A stretch of DNA of 64,000 bases. Origin: Azolla caroliniana (Eukaryota > Plantae > Polypodiophyta). Numbering within the stretch: position 1 is the first letter of the stretch; every line of letters starts with the position of its first letter. The notes beneath the pieces are model-generated. The model saw only the letters and a program-made list of their open reading frames with translations, had not been told where the DNA came from and ran no database searches. The stretch spans positions 10,106,001 through 10,170,000 of the forward strand of contig JBHGNT010000020.1 in the NCBI GenBank assembly GCA_043228905.1. The letters run 5' to 3'. This document shows, piece after piece, positions 1 through 11,770 of this stretch. The position numbers were made by a program, and so were the translations under genes.

Positions 1-1
1 C

Positions 2-121
2 GTGCCCACACAAGAGAACATTGCAGACCTCTTCACAAAGGCTCTACCTAGGGAGAAGTTTGAAGCTTTCCGCAATGCTTTAGGCCTAATCCCATTTGTG
101 GATTCATCTCTATCCACATAG
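2..121 (+). mobile_element. 3' end of a Ty1/Copia pol (RNase H C-terminus), cut by the window edge
   Basis: Frame 2 reads VPTQENIADLFTKALPREKFEAFRNALGL..., stop TAG at 119-121. ADxFTKxL is the Copia RNase H end motif. Confidence 0.9.
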
Positions 122-174
122 CTTGGCACTTGTTTAACCATGAGTGTCAACTCCTTGTTCACTGCATCACTCCC

Positions 175-358
175 AAGGGGGATTTGTTGACATATTTTGG
201 TAGTGATGTGTGAACACACTTAGGATAGTGATGTGTGTGAACACACTTAGGATAGTGATGTGTGTGAACACACTTAGGATAGTGATGTGTGTGAACACAT
301 TTAGGACAGTAATGTGTGAACACACTTAGGACAATGATGTGTGTGAACACACTTAGGA
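175..358 (+). mobile_element. Polypurine tract and start of a Copia 3' LTR, apparently truncated near 359
   Basis: AAGGGGGA at 175-182 is followed by TGTTGA at 185, just after the pol stop. No LTR 3' end could be identified. Confidence 0.65.
201..358. repeat. Tandem repeat, six units of 25-27 bp (TAGTGATGTGTGTGAACACACTTAGGA)
   Basis: Directly visible; it explains the repetitive ORF at 159-350. Confidence 0.95.
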
Positions 359-831
359 CTACAAGGGCATTTTTTCCCTCTGTCTAAAAATACTCTTAGA
401 ACCATTGTAAAGAATTGGGTATGATTCTTGTGAAGCGGAATAGGTGTGAACTGTGTGTGTATGAGAGAGAGAGTGTGTGACAATGAAAAGGGGGCAATAG
501 AAAAAAGAGATGTTCTACTTGTAGAAGAAGACATTTGAGGGAGTCTAACTGTATTCTAAAACCTTCTTTTGAGAAAATTAAGGAATGCTGAAGCCTAACT
601 ATATAACTACCCGAACACTTAGATTAACTATATTATTTTCTGAAATTTTCCTAAAAAACAAATAATTAAAAATTATTTTTTATTTTAAAAATAATGCTAA
701 AGTCTTCTATATAAGGAGGTTAGAAATTTCATTTTCATTATCACGTGAAAGAATCCATCGAGCTCAGAGCACAGGCCAATTTTCGAGCACTCAGAAGCAC
801 ATCGTGGACAGCACTACCTCCGGCACGAACC

Positions 832-3800
832 ATGAACAAGGGAAAGAAAATCGTCAGGTTAGTAATATTCATTACATTTTTTAAGATTCCTAAAGATTCC
901 TTAAAGATTCCTTTCCTCAACACATAGAAATTTTATTTTATTTTGTACAATGAACTTGGAAAGCAATTCTGAAAGCCAGGACCTTCAACCAAAATCCGAT
1001 GCAGTGCATCGGATTTTGGTTGAAGGTTCTGCCTTTCAACCGAAATCCGATGCACTGCATCGGATTTTGGTTGAAAAAAATGTTGTTTTTGCGATAAAAA
1101 ACTATCGCATGGGACCATAAAATTGACGTAATTTAAATGATAATTTGCGTGATTTAGATGAAATTGTACGTTGTTTCTATGTTTTCACCAACGTTTTTAA
1201 TTTCAGTGAACCCAGACAAAAAGTTCCTTCATTTAGATTGAAGATTCGATCTCCGACAAAACGAGATTCTGGCTCCTTCATGAAGGACACGATTAAAAAG
1301 AATTTATTTGACTCAACGGGGGAAGGAGGATCCAAGTCATCTGTGGCTACTACCAAAATCAACAAAGGTAGTACGCAAGAGGAGAAAACGGTTGAGGTGA
1401 AATATAAGGATTACCCCGAACTTGAATGGTGTCTCTCTTATGTCGAGGAGGATGGGGTGCTGTTATTGATAACGGCAAAATCGGACGGGGAAGGGAAACT
1501 TCAGCTTGGAAAAACATTTAATTACGGGCATGTAACCAAGCTAGAGTACGAAGACATTGATTCTACATGTATTTTAATCGACGTCTCGAGCTCAGTTGGC
1601 GATAGGCGATTGCGACTTGATGAGGGAAACCTAGTACCCGAATCTTGCAATCCCAAGGCTTTGCGTAAAGACCTGCAAACAAAAAATAACTTGTTGGTAG
1701 CTCTTCGGCCGTATGTGACAGGAGAGATGATGACCGGTGAAGCAGAAACTCCACCGAAAAAGTCTAGGAAGACAAATCCTGTTCAAAAGAAATATACTAA
1801 ACGACCACGACCCGAAGAAGAAGAAGAAGAAATATTAGAGTTCGTGGAAGAAGAAGACGACCAACAAGTTGACGTCGTGGCTCCAGGCGGACAACTATCT
1901 TCTGGTGTCCTGACGTCAGAACAAAATAAAATAAGAGAAAATATTGTGAAGACTAAACTTGTGCGCAGGGGCCAGCTATTTCATTTGCCCATTACTTCTA
2001 TCCAAAGGCCCCCCATTGACCCCGTGACTGGAAGACGTCCCTTGGAAATTAGGGAGCCGCACTCCGTCCATGTACAAAACCTGAAAAGCAAAATGAAAAT
2101 CAATCCTCACGCTACTGTGGTGCCATTTTTGGTAACGGTTGATCAAGAACAATGCCCAACAGTAGCAGATTTCAAGTATAGCTCTGCAGACGATTACACA
2201 TACTATGTAATTGGAGGATCACATTCGGCCGAAGCTCGACGACAGCTTGTCAAAGAATATCCTCTCACGCCGTTCTTCAAATACGCCGAATGTAAGGTAT
2301 ATGCAGGACTAACTCACGAGGAGGCGAAGCTGCTCGCATGGGACCATAACAATGACAACGATTATAGGCAAAAGATGTCATGTATAGAGAGGATAAGATT
2401 TTTTCATCATGAATACCTCGATGCCTTGAATCGTTTTGGTCCAAGATTGTGGCCTGGATTGCGACGTCAGTGTTTATTGGAAGTAGGGATTGAAGTGGAT
2501 GAGAGTACGAAATCCGAAGGTCTCTGAAAATATGATTCTTGCTTTCAACTAGCTTTTCGGACTGGAGAGGTGTGGGATCTCCAAGACAAAATATTCTCTA
2601 TGTGGGAGCGGAAAGAAGTCAAGGGGCAAAGATAAAAAAAGGGAAGAATTGATCCACAAGTTGAGATGAAATCAAAGACCAAGGGAAAAAGCGACTTGGT
2701 AATCGAGGAGTTACCAGAGGACATGAAACTTTTACCTTGGAGATCATTACAAGGTATCAAAGATGATAGATTGTTAATATCCGTGCTATCTCGAGTGGTC
2801 GCCAAGGAATTTAGTTTGGACGAGATGGTAACAGACTTGCAAAAGTAAGTGTTTATAGTATACCTTTTCATGAAAGTCTTCAATTATTTTGAATATCTTA
2901 TTTCTAATTTCATATTGATTGTGCAGTCACAAGGTATACATGAAGATTCAGGAGTTGATGATGCAAAAACTGAGTTTACCGACATGGGAAGAAGTTGAAC
3001 AAGCCTGCCCGATAACTTCTTCCTACAAGGTATTGGAGGAATATTTTATTGTATTTAGAGAATGGGTATGTGTCTTTTGAATGTTGATATGTTAGAAAGT
3101 AATGTTCCCTGCTAACAACAATGACACTTGCAGAAACCATCAAAATCGAAAAAGAACAACGACAATAATGACGGTATTCCAGTGGCCTTCATCACGCACT
3201 TAGAACGTGCGAAATATGAGAAGAGAATGACCAAAGGGAAGGAAATGGAACTGCCCGAGGATTCGGAGACTGTAAAGAGTTTTTTGCATAGGTCCGATCC
3301 TTTCAAACAACTTCATTATAGTGTTTTCAATGGCGAAGTATCCCAGATGCTCGAACTGTTACTGAGAAGGCACTACACTTTGCTGATAGCTGACATACCA
3401 TATGGTTTCCGTATTGCGGGATCAACATATGATGATGTGCCTTTCAAGTACCCTCAGATCGAGAAAATGGTAAAGGATTTCGTAGAACTGACATTGGCCC
3501 CCTTGTGGAGGATAGTCATATTTCATAGCATGGGGCAATCACTGTCAGTCACAATAGCTTTGAAGTTCCGTTGTCATGCCACTGAACACATGCATTGGTG
3601 CGTTATAGTTCGCTTTTACTCATTACAGTACTTCTTATTATATGTACACATTTACACCTCTAATACTTGATTTTCTTTCTCTATAGGATCAAAACAAATA
3701 TTACACGTAGCCCTGGCGATCGAATGGTTAGTGCGGTCGAACATTTTTGTGTGGGCTACTATGATTCAATTACAAAGAAGAAGGCTAGAGCACATGTCAA

Positions 3801-4416
3801 TGAGCGTAACGTGGTTAACTACATCATGTGCCCAGCTGTAACCAAAAAATTAAGACATGTGTTAGGGGATAAAAGTATGGTGAACCCTTATCAAAAACCT
3901 CAAAGATTGATCAACCACCTCATAGAGCTCTTCTCGAATCCAGATGATTGGGTCCTAGACTTGTTCTCTGGCATAGGTATAATATATATATTTAATTTCA
4001 ATCTTGTCTATCAAGTTTAAGACGTTACTTCTTATATATACTTGTTTGTGTTCATGCGACCATTAGGTACAACGACAACTTGTGCATTGAAGATGTTTAG
4101 AAACTGTGTTGCATTGGAGAAGGACCCTGCTCAAGTTAACTTCATCAAAATGAGGATCACAGGAATCTGGGACTGTCCAGATCAGGATCAAGAAGTCGGA
4201 GCAAAACACATCAACGAGACAGAGATGTTCCAGATGACTTCACGAGAACCAATGGAACCAATTGATGAAGAAGCAGGGGAGCTGGTGGACCTGGAAGATG
4301 TAGCACAGTTTGACCATACATCAGATTCGGGAGAGCTTGGAGATGACACGAATGAAAACAGTCTAGAACAATCATCGCCAGAGGAGCCTGCTCTGCCTGA
4401 TTTGCTTATAGATTGA
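832..4416 (+). pseudogene. Spliced ParB/Srx-like domain + beta-class N6-adenine/N4-cytosine DNA methyltransferase fusion gene with two premature stops
   Basis: Predicted exons 832-857, 1207-2844, 2927-3065, 3134-3597, 3687-3976 and 4067-4416. All introns are GT-AG and phase-compatible (2907 nt, 968 codons plus stop). MTase motifs in beta order: LLIADIPYG (motif IV, DPPY-like), W|IKTN across intron 4, NPYQKPQRLINHLIELFS, and WVLDLFSGIG|TTTTCALKMFRNCVALEKDP (motif I, split by intron 5). ParB/Srx-like motif YYVIGGSHSAEARRQL. In-frame stops TGA 2525-2527 and TAA 2633-2635. Confidence 0.85.
981..1076. repeat. Two tandem long palindromes in intron 1 of the methyltransferase gene
   Basis: 981-1027 is a perfect 23-bp-arm inverted repeat around G1004. 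1034-1076 has 21-bp arms with one mismatch around C1055. Confidence 0.95.
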
Positions 4417-5175
4417 TGTAGATGGCGTAATGTAAAAATTGAGGATTTTGAGGCATAATGTTCACCATCACTTCATATTATATTTGTATATGAGAACATC
4501 TGTAATTGTTTATCGTTTAATTAAATTCACCTGTTCATAATTTCCCTTTTTAATCATTATTGGAACCGTTGTTTGTATTTACATATAATTGGTCACCATG
4601 CTCTTCTTCAGTTTGAGATATTAACATGATATTGTAATTTCTCATTTCCGTTGGCATGACTATATATGAAAAGGCGAATGTTTCTGATAATAAGAGGTTT
4701 TTAGTTACCTACGGTTCAAGTCTACTGGTTCCACATAGTATAAATGAATGTCGTACGTAATTGTTACTCTTACCAATTACATTGTCATGAACTATATGAC
4801 ATTATACAATGAAACTATCGATATACCCATCCAACAAGTGGGGTACTACTTTATTCCTAAACCCAAAACCACATATTTATAATTACGGTTTATGTAGTTT
4901 TACTCTACAATTTGAATATGGATACCAATTTTAGAACTTTATATTGAACCAAGTCTTCAATTGTGCTCCATGATATGCAAATTGACACGAATGTGGACAC
5001 ATATACAATTTAGTAATTGCTAGGTTTTTTTTGTTCTATATTTAACCATCAAGTCGCAAAAGGGGTACGCATGCATCGTATATTTTCGATATCAGGCTAA
5101 AATAGGGTACTTTTCTACATCTGGCCAACTATGCCAAAAGAGAATACGACATATTACCTGTTTCAAATGACCCGG

Positions 5176-5490
5176 TGTTGTGTGTGTGAGAAGTAAGACA
5201 CAAAGTATACGCAAGGTAGATTGTATTAACAAAGGAAAATGACTCAACACTATACAAGGTGGGAGGAGGGTGCTTTATGTAGTCACCCTCTCTCTTCATT
5301 AACTACAAGACTCAGGAGCATGGGGAATGTGAAAGCTCATAAGTTATGTGTCATAGAATATGATTCTATGACTCATACTAAATGCTAGAATACAAAGAGG
5401 TGACATAATGGTGACTCTTGACCGTTGGAGTGTCTATTCACTCTCAAGGTGAGTTCACACACTAGACCAAGTTGAGCTTGATTCTCAACA
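5176..5490 (-). repeat. 3' LTR of Copia family A copy 1
   Basis: TGTTG...CAACA termini, with the PPT (CGCCCCCTCA on plus) at 5491-5500. It is the reverse-complement match of the LTRs starting at 41797 and 51577. Confidence 0.85.
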
Positions 5491-8400
5491 CGCCCCCTCA
5501 AGCTCAAGTCGGGTCGGTTTTAGATGGTATCCGAAATCCGCTTCGACTCGCGTTCCGGAGTCCGCGTCGACTCGCGTTCCGGAGTCCGCGTCGACTCACA
5601 TTTATGCGGAGTTGCGGAATCTGTGCTCCAGCTTACGTTGTGCTAGTTGCGAAGTCTGTGCTTCGGCTTGCGTCTTTCTTCGCGGCTTTGTTGCACGGTA
5701 GATCGGCTCTTCGCGGCTTCGTTGCACGGTTGCGTAATCCACACATTATTGCATAGCGTCTTCAGTACTCCCCCTCAAGCTTGGCAGGTCAGGGATCATC
5801 AATCCGAGATCGGTCATGAATTGCCATAGCTTGTCGGCTCTTAAGGCTTTAGTGAAGATGTCGACCGTTTGAAGATTGGTGCTACTGTGTTGTAGGTCGA
5901 CATCACCAACTAGAACGCGCTCTCGAATGAAGTGATAGTGCACTTCGATGTGCTTTGTCCACGCGTGGAACACCAGGTTCCGAGCCAAATAGATACTGCT
6001 CATGTTGTCACAGTAAAGGGAAGTCAGATCCTTAATGGGTATGCCCAGATCCTTGAGTATCCTTTTGAACCATACGGCTTCACATGCGGCCACTACCGCG
6101 CCCCTATATTCCACCTTTGTGCTCGAAAGAGCGACGATTGGTTGCTTTTTGCTGTCCAGAATATTGCTTCACTGCTGAGGAAGAAAACAAATCCAGAGGT
6201 TGATCTTCTATCAACTTTGTAGCCGGCCCAATCGGTGTATGTGTACCCCTCGAGTCGTATTGGCATCGCGGTCTTGTAGGGGATGCCACAATCCATTGTG
6301 CCGCTCACGTATTGTAGAACTCGCTTAGTGCATTCCAAGTGAGTATCACACGGTGTTTGCATGAATTGGATAAGGAGACCGACCGGATAACTGAGATTGG
6401 GTCGAGTGATCGTGAGGTAGATGAGACTCCCGATGAGTTGCCGATACTGAGTCGGCTCACACGCTTTGGTGCCGGAGTTTGCATCTAGTTTGAGATTGCG
6501 ATCGGGCGGGGTTGCCGCGGATTTGCACTCAACCATACCGAACTTGTATAACAAGTTGAGGATGTAATGCCATTGAGAGATCATGATTCCGGCCGGAGTC
6601 CGAATTACCTCAATGTTGAGGAAGTAGTGGAGCTCCTTCATGTCCGTCATCTTGAACTTGTCGGAAAGAAGGGATTTGACCTTATTGATGTCGATGAGAT
6701 GCTCACCGCCAATTACTAGGTCATCCACATATAAGATGATGACGAATGCACTTGCGGAATCACTTCGTATGTAGAGGGAGTTGTACGATTTTGACATACG
6801 GAAGCCGATTTGATGAAGATATTGCGTTATCTTTGAATGCCAAGCACGCGGTGCTTGCTTGAGGCCGTAGAGTGGCTTCTTGAGTCGGCATACAACTTTC
6901 AAATGGGTGCTCGAGTTGAAGCCGGGTGGTTGGATCATGTACACCTCCTCTTCTAATTCGCCTTGTAGAAAGGCATTCTTGACGTCCATTAGATGGAGGT
7001 GCCACCCTTTCGCTGCGGCAAGCGCAATTACGGTTTGTACCGTCGGCATCTTTGCCACCAGGGCAAAGGTCTCTTCGTAGTCAACTCCGTGCGTTTGGGC
7101 GTAGCCTTTCGCTACGAGTCGCGCTTTGTAGCAGTTGACAGAACCGTCAGCGTTGTACTTCACTTTATAAATCCATCTGCATATGATCGCCTTTTTGTGT
7201 GGTGAGGTGGGAACGAGATCCCATGTCTCGTTCTTGTGTAGTGCCTGCATCTCCTTGTTCATGGCTTTGATCCATCGCGGATCCTTGGCTGCTTCTGAGA
7301 ATGTTTCCGGCTCGCGTACTGACGCCACCTTCATCATAAAGGCATAGTGATATGCCATGTAGTCGTTGTAGCCGAATCGGCTGACCGGATTCTTTTCACA
7401 GGTGGAGCGACGGAGCTTTTCATTTGCAGAGATGAGGGCTTTCTTAGCTCCAATTGGTACATCGAAGCTATCGAACTCACTGTCGAGTCACTGAGTCGAC
7501 TCATCGTCATCGAAGCGATCGTCTGCGTATTCCGCCATTTTCGCCTTGCCTTTGTCCAGTTTCGGGCTAGGCCGTGATGTGGTTTGATCGCTCAAAGGCT
7601 CTTGTGGTCCACTCAGTCGGGTCGTGATCGGAATTTCTTCAAACATGTGCGTAGGGTGATCTTCATCCTCTATCTCTTGTTCGGCGGATTCCGGGTCGAG
7701 CGGAGTCAGGGTTGTCTCTAGTGCGTACCAGGATGCAGACTCGTTGAAAACGACATCTCGACTTACGCGAGACTATCGAGTTGAGGGGTTGTAACACTTT
7801 TACCCATTTTGCTCCAATGAGTATCCTACAAGTATACATTTCTCGTCGGGGATGTGCACGTACGCTATCGCGTTGAATATCCGGATGTGTGATAAGTCAG
7901 GCTTCTTTCCGAAGTATTTTTCGTGCGGAGTGACCTTGTGCACGCCGGATGTTGTGCACCGGTCCATTAGGTAGACGGCCGTATTTGCAACTTCGGCCCA
8001 ATATGACTTGGGCATATGCTTCTCGTTCATCATGGCCCGCGCTACTTCGAGGATGTGCCAATTTTTGCGCTCAGCTACTCCGTTTTGTTGTGGAGTGTGT
8101 CGGCAAGTGAATTCTCGCCGAATTCCTTCCTTTCGGAGATACACCGTGAAATCGTCCGAGAAGTACTCCTTGTCGCCATCCGATCAAAGACAACGTACAT
8201 GTCGGCCCGTGGCTTTCTCGACTTCATTCTTGAATGTTTGGAAGTGTCCGAACACTTCGCTCTTTTGTTGCATCGGGTAGATCCAAGTGTGCCTAGAGAA
8301 GTCGTCGATGAAGAGCACGTAGTATCGGCATCCGCCGAATGTAGTCGTTTGTGCCGGTCCCCATACGTCGGAATGGACTACGTCGAGTAGACCTTTGCTC

Positions 8401-9730
8401 ACGTTCCGCTCTTTCGGGAATGACCGATCGAGACCAAATTCTTCGTGATGGTGGGAACATGCAAGACATTTTTAATGTATGTTTGCTTATCTCTTTCGCC
8501 GAACGGAACATTGCCGATGTGCCGAATCGGGTGCGTAGTGTCATCTCCGGTTTCGACATAACCGGGTCGCTCCGGCTCTCGAAGTTCGAGAAACCTTTCT
8601 TTTTGGGATGTCATATGGTTTGAGGCTCCAGAGTCAACAAACCATACGTCCTCCGGATTGAGGGCACTAGTTGAGGTAGAGGCCAACATAGAGTTTGCTC
8701 TATGTTTCATCATGAACATACCGCCATGGTCAGAGTTGCATGCGTACATTTCGCCACGATCTTTGTAGTCGGAGTTCCCGTACATTCCGCTATACTCTTT
8801 GTAGTCGGAATTGTGTGCGTAATTCGTGAGTTGTCGGCTTGTGGATGCCGATTCACGCATCTTCTTTCGGCACTCTTCTTCGTAGTGGCCAAGCTTTCCG
8901 CAATATCCGCATTCAGTTGCGTTTTGACAGCTCGGGCCGGAGTGGAAGCTCCCCCTTCTTGCGAAGGTTCCTTGTTGGCTTTCGTTTTGCGGCCGAAATT
9001 GGAAGTTGTTATCGCAGGTCGGACCTCGTCCGCCTTGTCCTTGGCCGAATCGGCCTCTCGACCGTCCGCATCCTCTTCCTCTGCTCGAGTGCATGTAGAG
9101 CATGTGGCCTTCCGACTCATTGCTCCTTGTACGCACGTGGTTTTCTTCGACCAATAGCATTGATTGGAGCTCGAAGAAGGAGGGAGATTTCTCCCGTGCT
9201 AGAACGGCGGTTCACATCGCCCCGAACCGTGGTGCGAGGCCGCCGAGGCATATTTGAACCATCTCATCATCATCGATATTTACACTTATTGAGCCGAGCG
9301 AATCGCAAAGCTCCTTGATCTTCGAGGTGTATGTCGTAATGGACATGTCCCTTTGCTGAATGTTGTTCAACTCTTGGCAGAGTTGAAGCCTTCTTGCGGT
9401 TGTGTTCGCCGCGAAAATCTTTCGTAGATTTTCCCATGCTTCCTTCGGCGTCTTGGCTTCGCGAATGTAGCCGAGAATGTGATCGTGAACACATGTCGCC
9501 AAGCAATACATCACGCGACTTGCGACTTGCGGCTTGCGGCTTGCTCCCATGGCGCGTATCCGGGAGCCGCTTCGGCGGGTCGGTCTTCATGCGCTCCTTT
9601 GATGTAGCTCCAATAGCCTTGTTCGACAAGGTATTGGTGCATCTTGTACTCCCAAGATGCGAAGTTGTTTCGATCCAACTTCTCAGTAGGGAGAGCACTC
9701 CCCATTTGAGTATTCATTATGTCGATTCTT
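5176..9730 (-). mobile_element. Ty1/Copia LTR retrotransposon (family A, copy 1), degenerate, 5' LTR missing
   Basis: gag start MNTQMGSALPTEKLDRNNFASW at 9717, zinc knuckle CGYCGKLGHYEEEC, protease WFVDSGASNHM, integrase VHSDVWGP and [21 protein letters not shown] and LYVDDL, RNase H TKHIEVHYHF. Frameshifts, stops and a deletion between protease and integrase near 8430. 3' LTR at 5176-5490. Confidence 0.93.
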
Positions 9731-10844
9731 CTTATGACCGTTTTTTGGGCCGTTTCTTTTTTAAACAGGTTGGGCGACCTATTTATGAGAAGGGATGTTT
9801 TTTAAGAGGGTTGGGAGACCTGATTTATACAGTAGGGTGACCTGAGTAATAGCAACCTATTTATGAGAAGAGATGTTTTTTAAGAGGGTTTGGAGACCTG
9901 TTTAATAGGTTGGGTGACCATATTAAAATAGGTTGGGCGACCATATTAAAACAAGTTGGGCAACCTGTTTATGAGAAGAGATGTATTTTACGAGGGTTGG
10001 GAGACCTGATTTATACAATAAGGTGACCTATTTGATAAGTTGGGTGACCATATTAAAACAGGTTGGGCAACCTGTTTATGAGGAGATGTTTTTTAAGAGG
10101 GTTGGGGGACTTTATTCATGAGAAGATATATTTTTTAAGAATGATTGTGAGACCATATTTAAGAGGGTTGGGTGACTTGAATAGTTATGAAATAACATAT
10201 ATATGAAAACAACATACACAAATCACACAATAACTAAGAAAACAACATAGCTTTGAAGCTAAAACATATGTATGAAAACAACATGACATCTTTGAAATAC
10301 AAAAGACACAAATCACACTATGCGTGAGAAAACAACATATCTTTGAATCTAAAATAGGTTTAGGGGCACGAGTCCAACACTTAAGATTACCAAGATTACC
10401 AACACTTGAGATAAACAACTTTTCCATTAATCGGTAATTTTCGATATACAGTGAGTCGCTATTCGCTATACAAAAAGTGATGACCATATTACAACATCCG
10501 TCTATAACAAAATGTAATACCACATGTACGACATCCGCTCCAATACAAATAATATGACAATATTTAAAATGTTCTTCGTATACATAATATCCATTATATG
10601 ACAGCCAAGGTCTAGTATCTGTGGCCATGACAACCATGATAAAATTTCTATAGTCAATCCAAAATTTACAATATGGGGCCATTGGGAGCAGGTGCAAATC
10701 TCAGTACCCTTCTTGCCCACTCGTCCACATGAATCCGAAGTGAATCCACTTCACGTTTGGTGAACTACATCTTTGTGTCATGTCACCAAATATATAAGAA
10801 CACACTTATATGTAAACCACATGAATAAGACATCTGCAATTACA

Positions 10845-11770
10845 CTTACAAAAGTCAAAGATATCTATCCTCGTAAAAACTCCTCGATCAACATTTGTAA
10901 AGTCTTCATCACGTAAAAGCCACAATCCCAACCATTTGGCTGAGTTGGGATGTGCAATACGTCATACCGACCCTTGGACACAATGGTGTGGTCTAATGGT
11001 TCAGATGAAATGGTCTGAATCGCGATCTCTGCAAGACTCTACACGTTGCTAGTCATCGTGTTGTTTAGTGGATCGCAAAAGACTACTTTGTTGGTCAGCT
11101 TAGAAACCTTTTGCCATGTCTTTGTCCACAACATCCAATGGCCCTGAACCACGATCAGAATGAAGATAAAATCACGTTCAACCACCTTCCGAAGGATGTC
11201 TTGGCCCTTCGTCGTTTGCTTGTGTAGTTGCACCCATAGTGGGTTGACGATGGTGAACCGTTCAGTCACCTCGGTTGGCAACGAGTACTCCATATACAAC
11301 GTGAATAATGTCATTGTCCATGTTGATGTCATTTCTCCATCCTTGCACATGGTCTCAAGATCTGACTCTGTAACGTCGACGACCATATCGAGTCATTGGC
11401 AGGTCAACTAGTACTTGTATGCATAGAAAAGATTAACATAAAGATTGACATATTACAAGGAGACCAAATCCACATACTTGCAAAAGGAGCATTTTCGTTG
11501 AATGTTGCCATGGTCTGTATCGACTCAATCCGAGGTAGACGAACCACTCGTGCTTGATCCATGCTCTCCCCACCCTTAGACATGTCAACCACACAACTTC
11601 TCCAATGTCTTTTTACAAAAACACTTAAACAAATCATCAGTCAGCATGCATGCATCACACATCATTACCACCATTAGGGGAGATTGGTTTTTGACATACC
11701 TCTCTTGAGTTGGATATATCTCACCGTTATCGAAATCCCACCAGTCTTTGTACTTGGACTTGGCAGCCAT
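10845..11770 (-). pseudogene. Ulp1-like (C48 family) cysteine protease pseudogene, transposon-borne
   Basis: Catalytic H, D and Q..C motifs as above, with internal stops and frameshifts. An inverted paralogous fragment lies at about 14105-14500. Confidence 0.75.

Noticed and set aside
201-358. Short regular repeats resembling a CRISPR array (also 12541-12720 and 61401-62040)
   Set aside because: The units are head-to-tail with no unique spacers, there are no cas genes, and the context is eukaryotic TE sequence.
1145-2527. The 460-aa ORF as a standalone gene
   Set aside because: Its non-ATG start lies in a predicted intron and the frame continues past the stop; it is better explained as exon 2 of the spliced methyltransferase gene.
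2525-2635. U-to-C RNA editing that would repair the two stops
   Set aside because: That editing is known from fern and hornwort organelles, not nuclear transcripts, and there is no evidence for it here.
832-4416. Bacterial or phage contamination as the source of the methyltransferase
   Set aside because: It has five spliceosomal introns and is contiguous with plant retrotransposons.
4551-4710. Short open stretch on the minus strand convergent with the methyltransferase gene
   Set aside because: About 50 codons with no recognisable motif or supported upstream exon.
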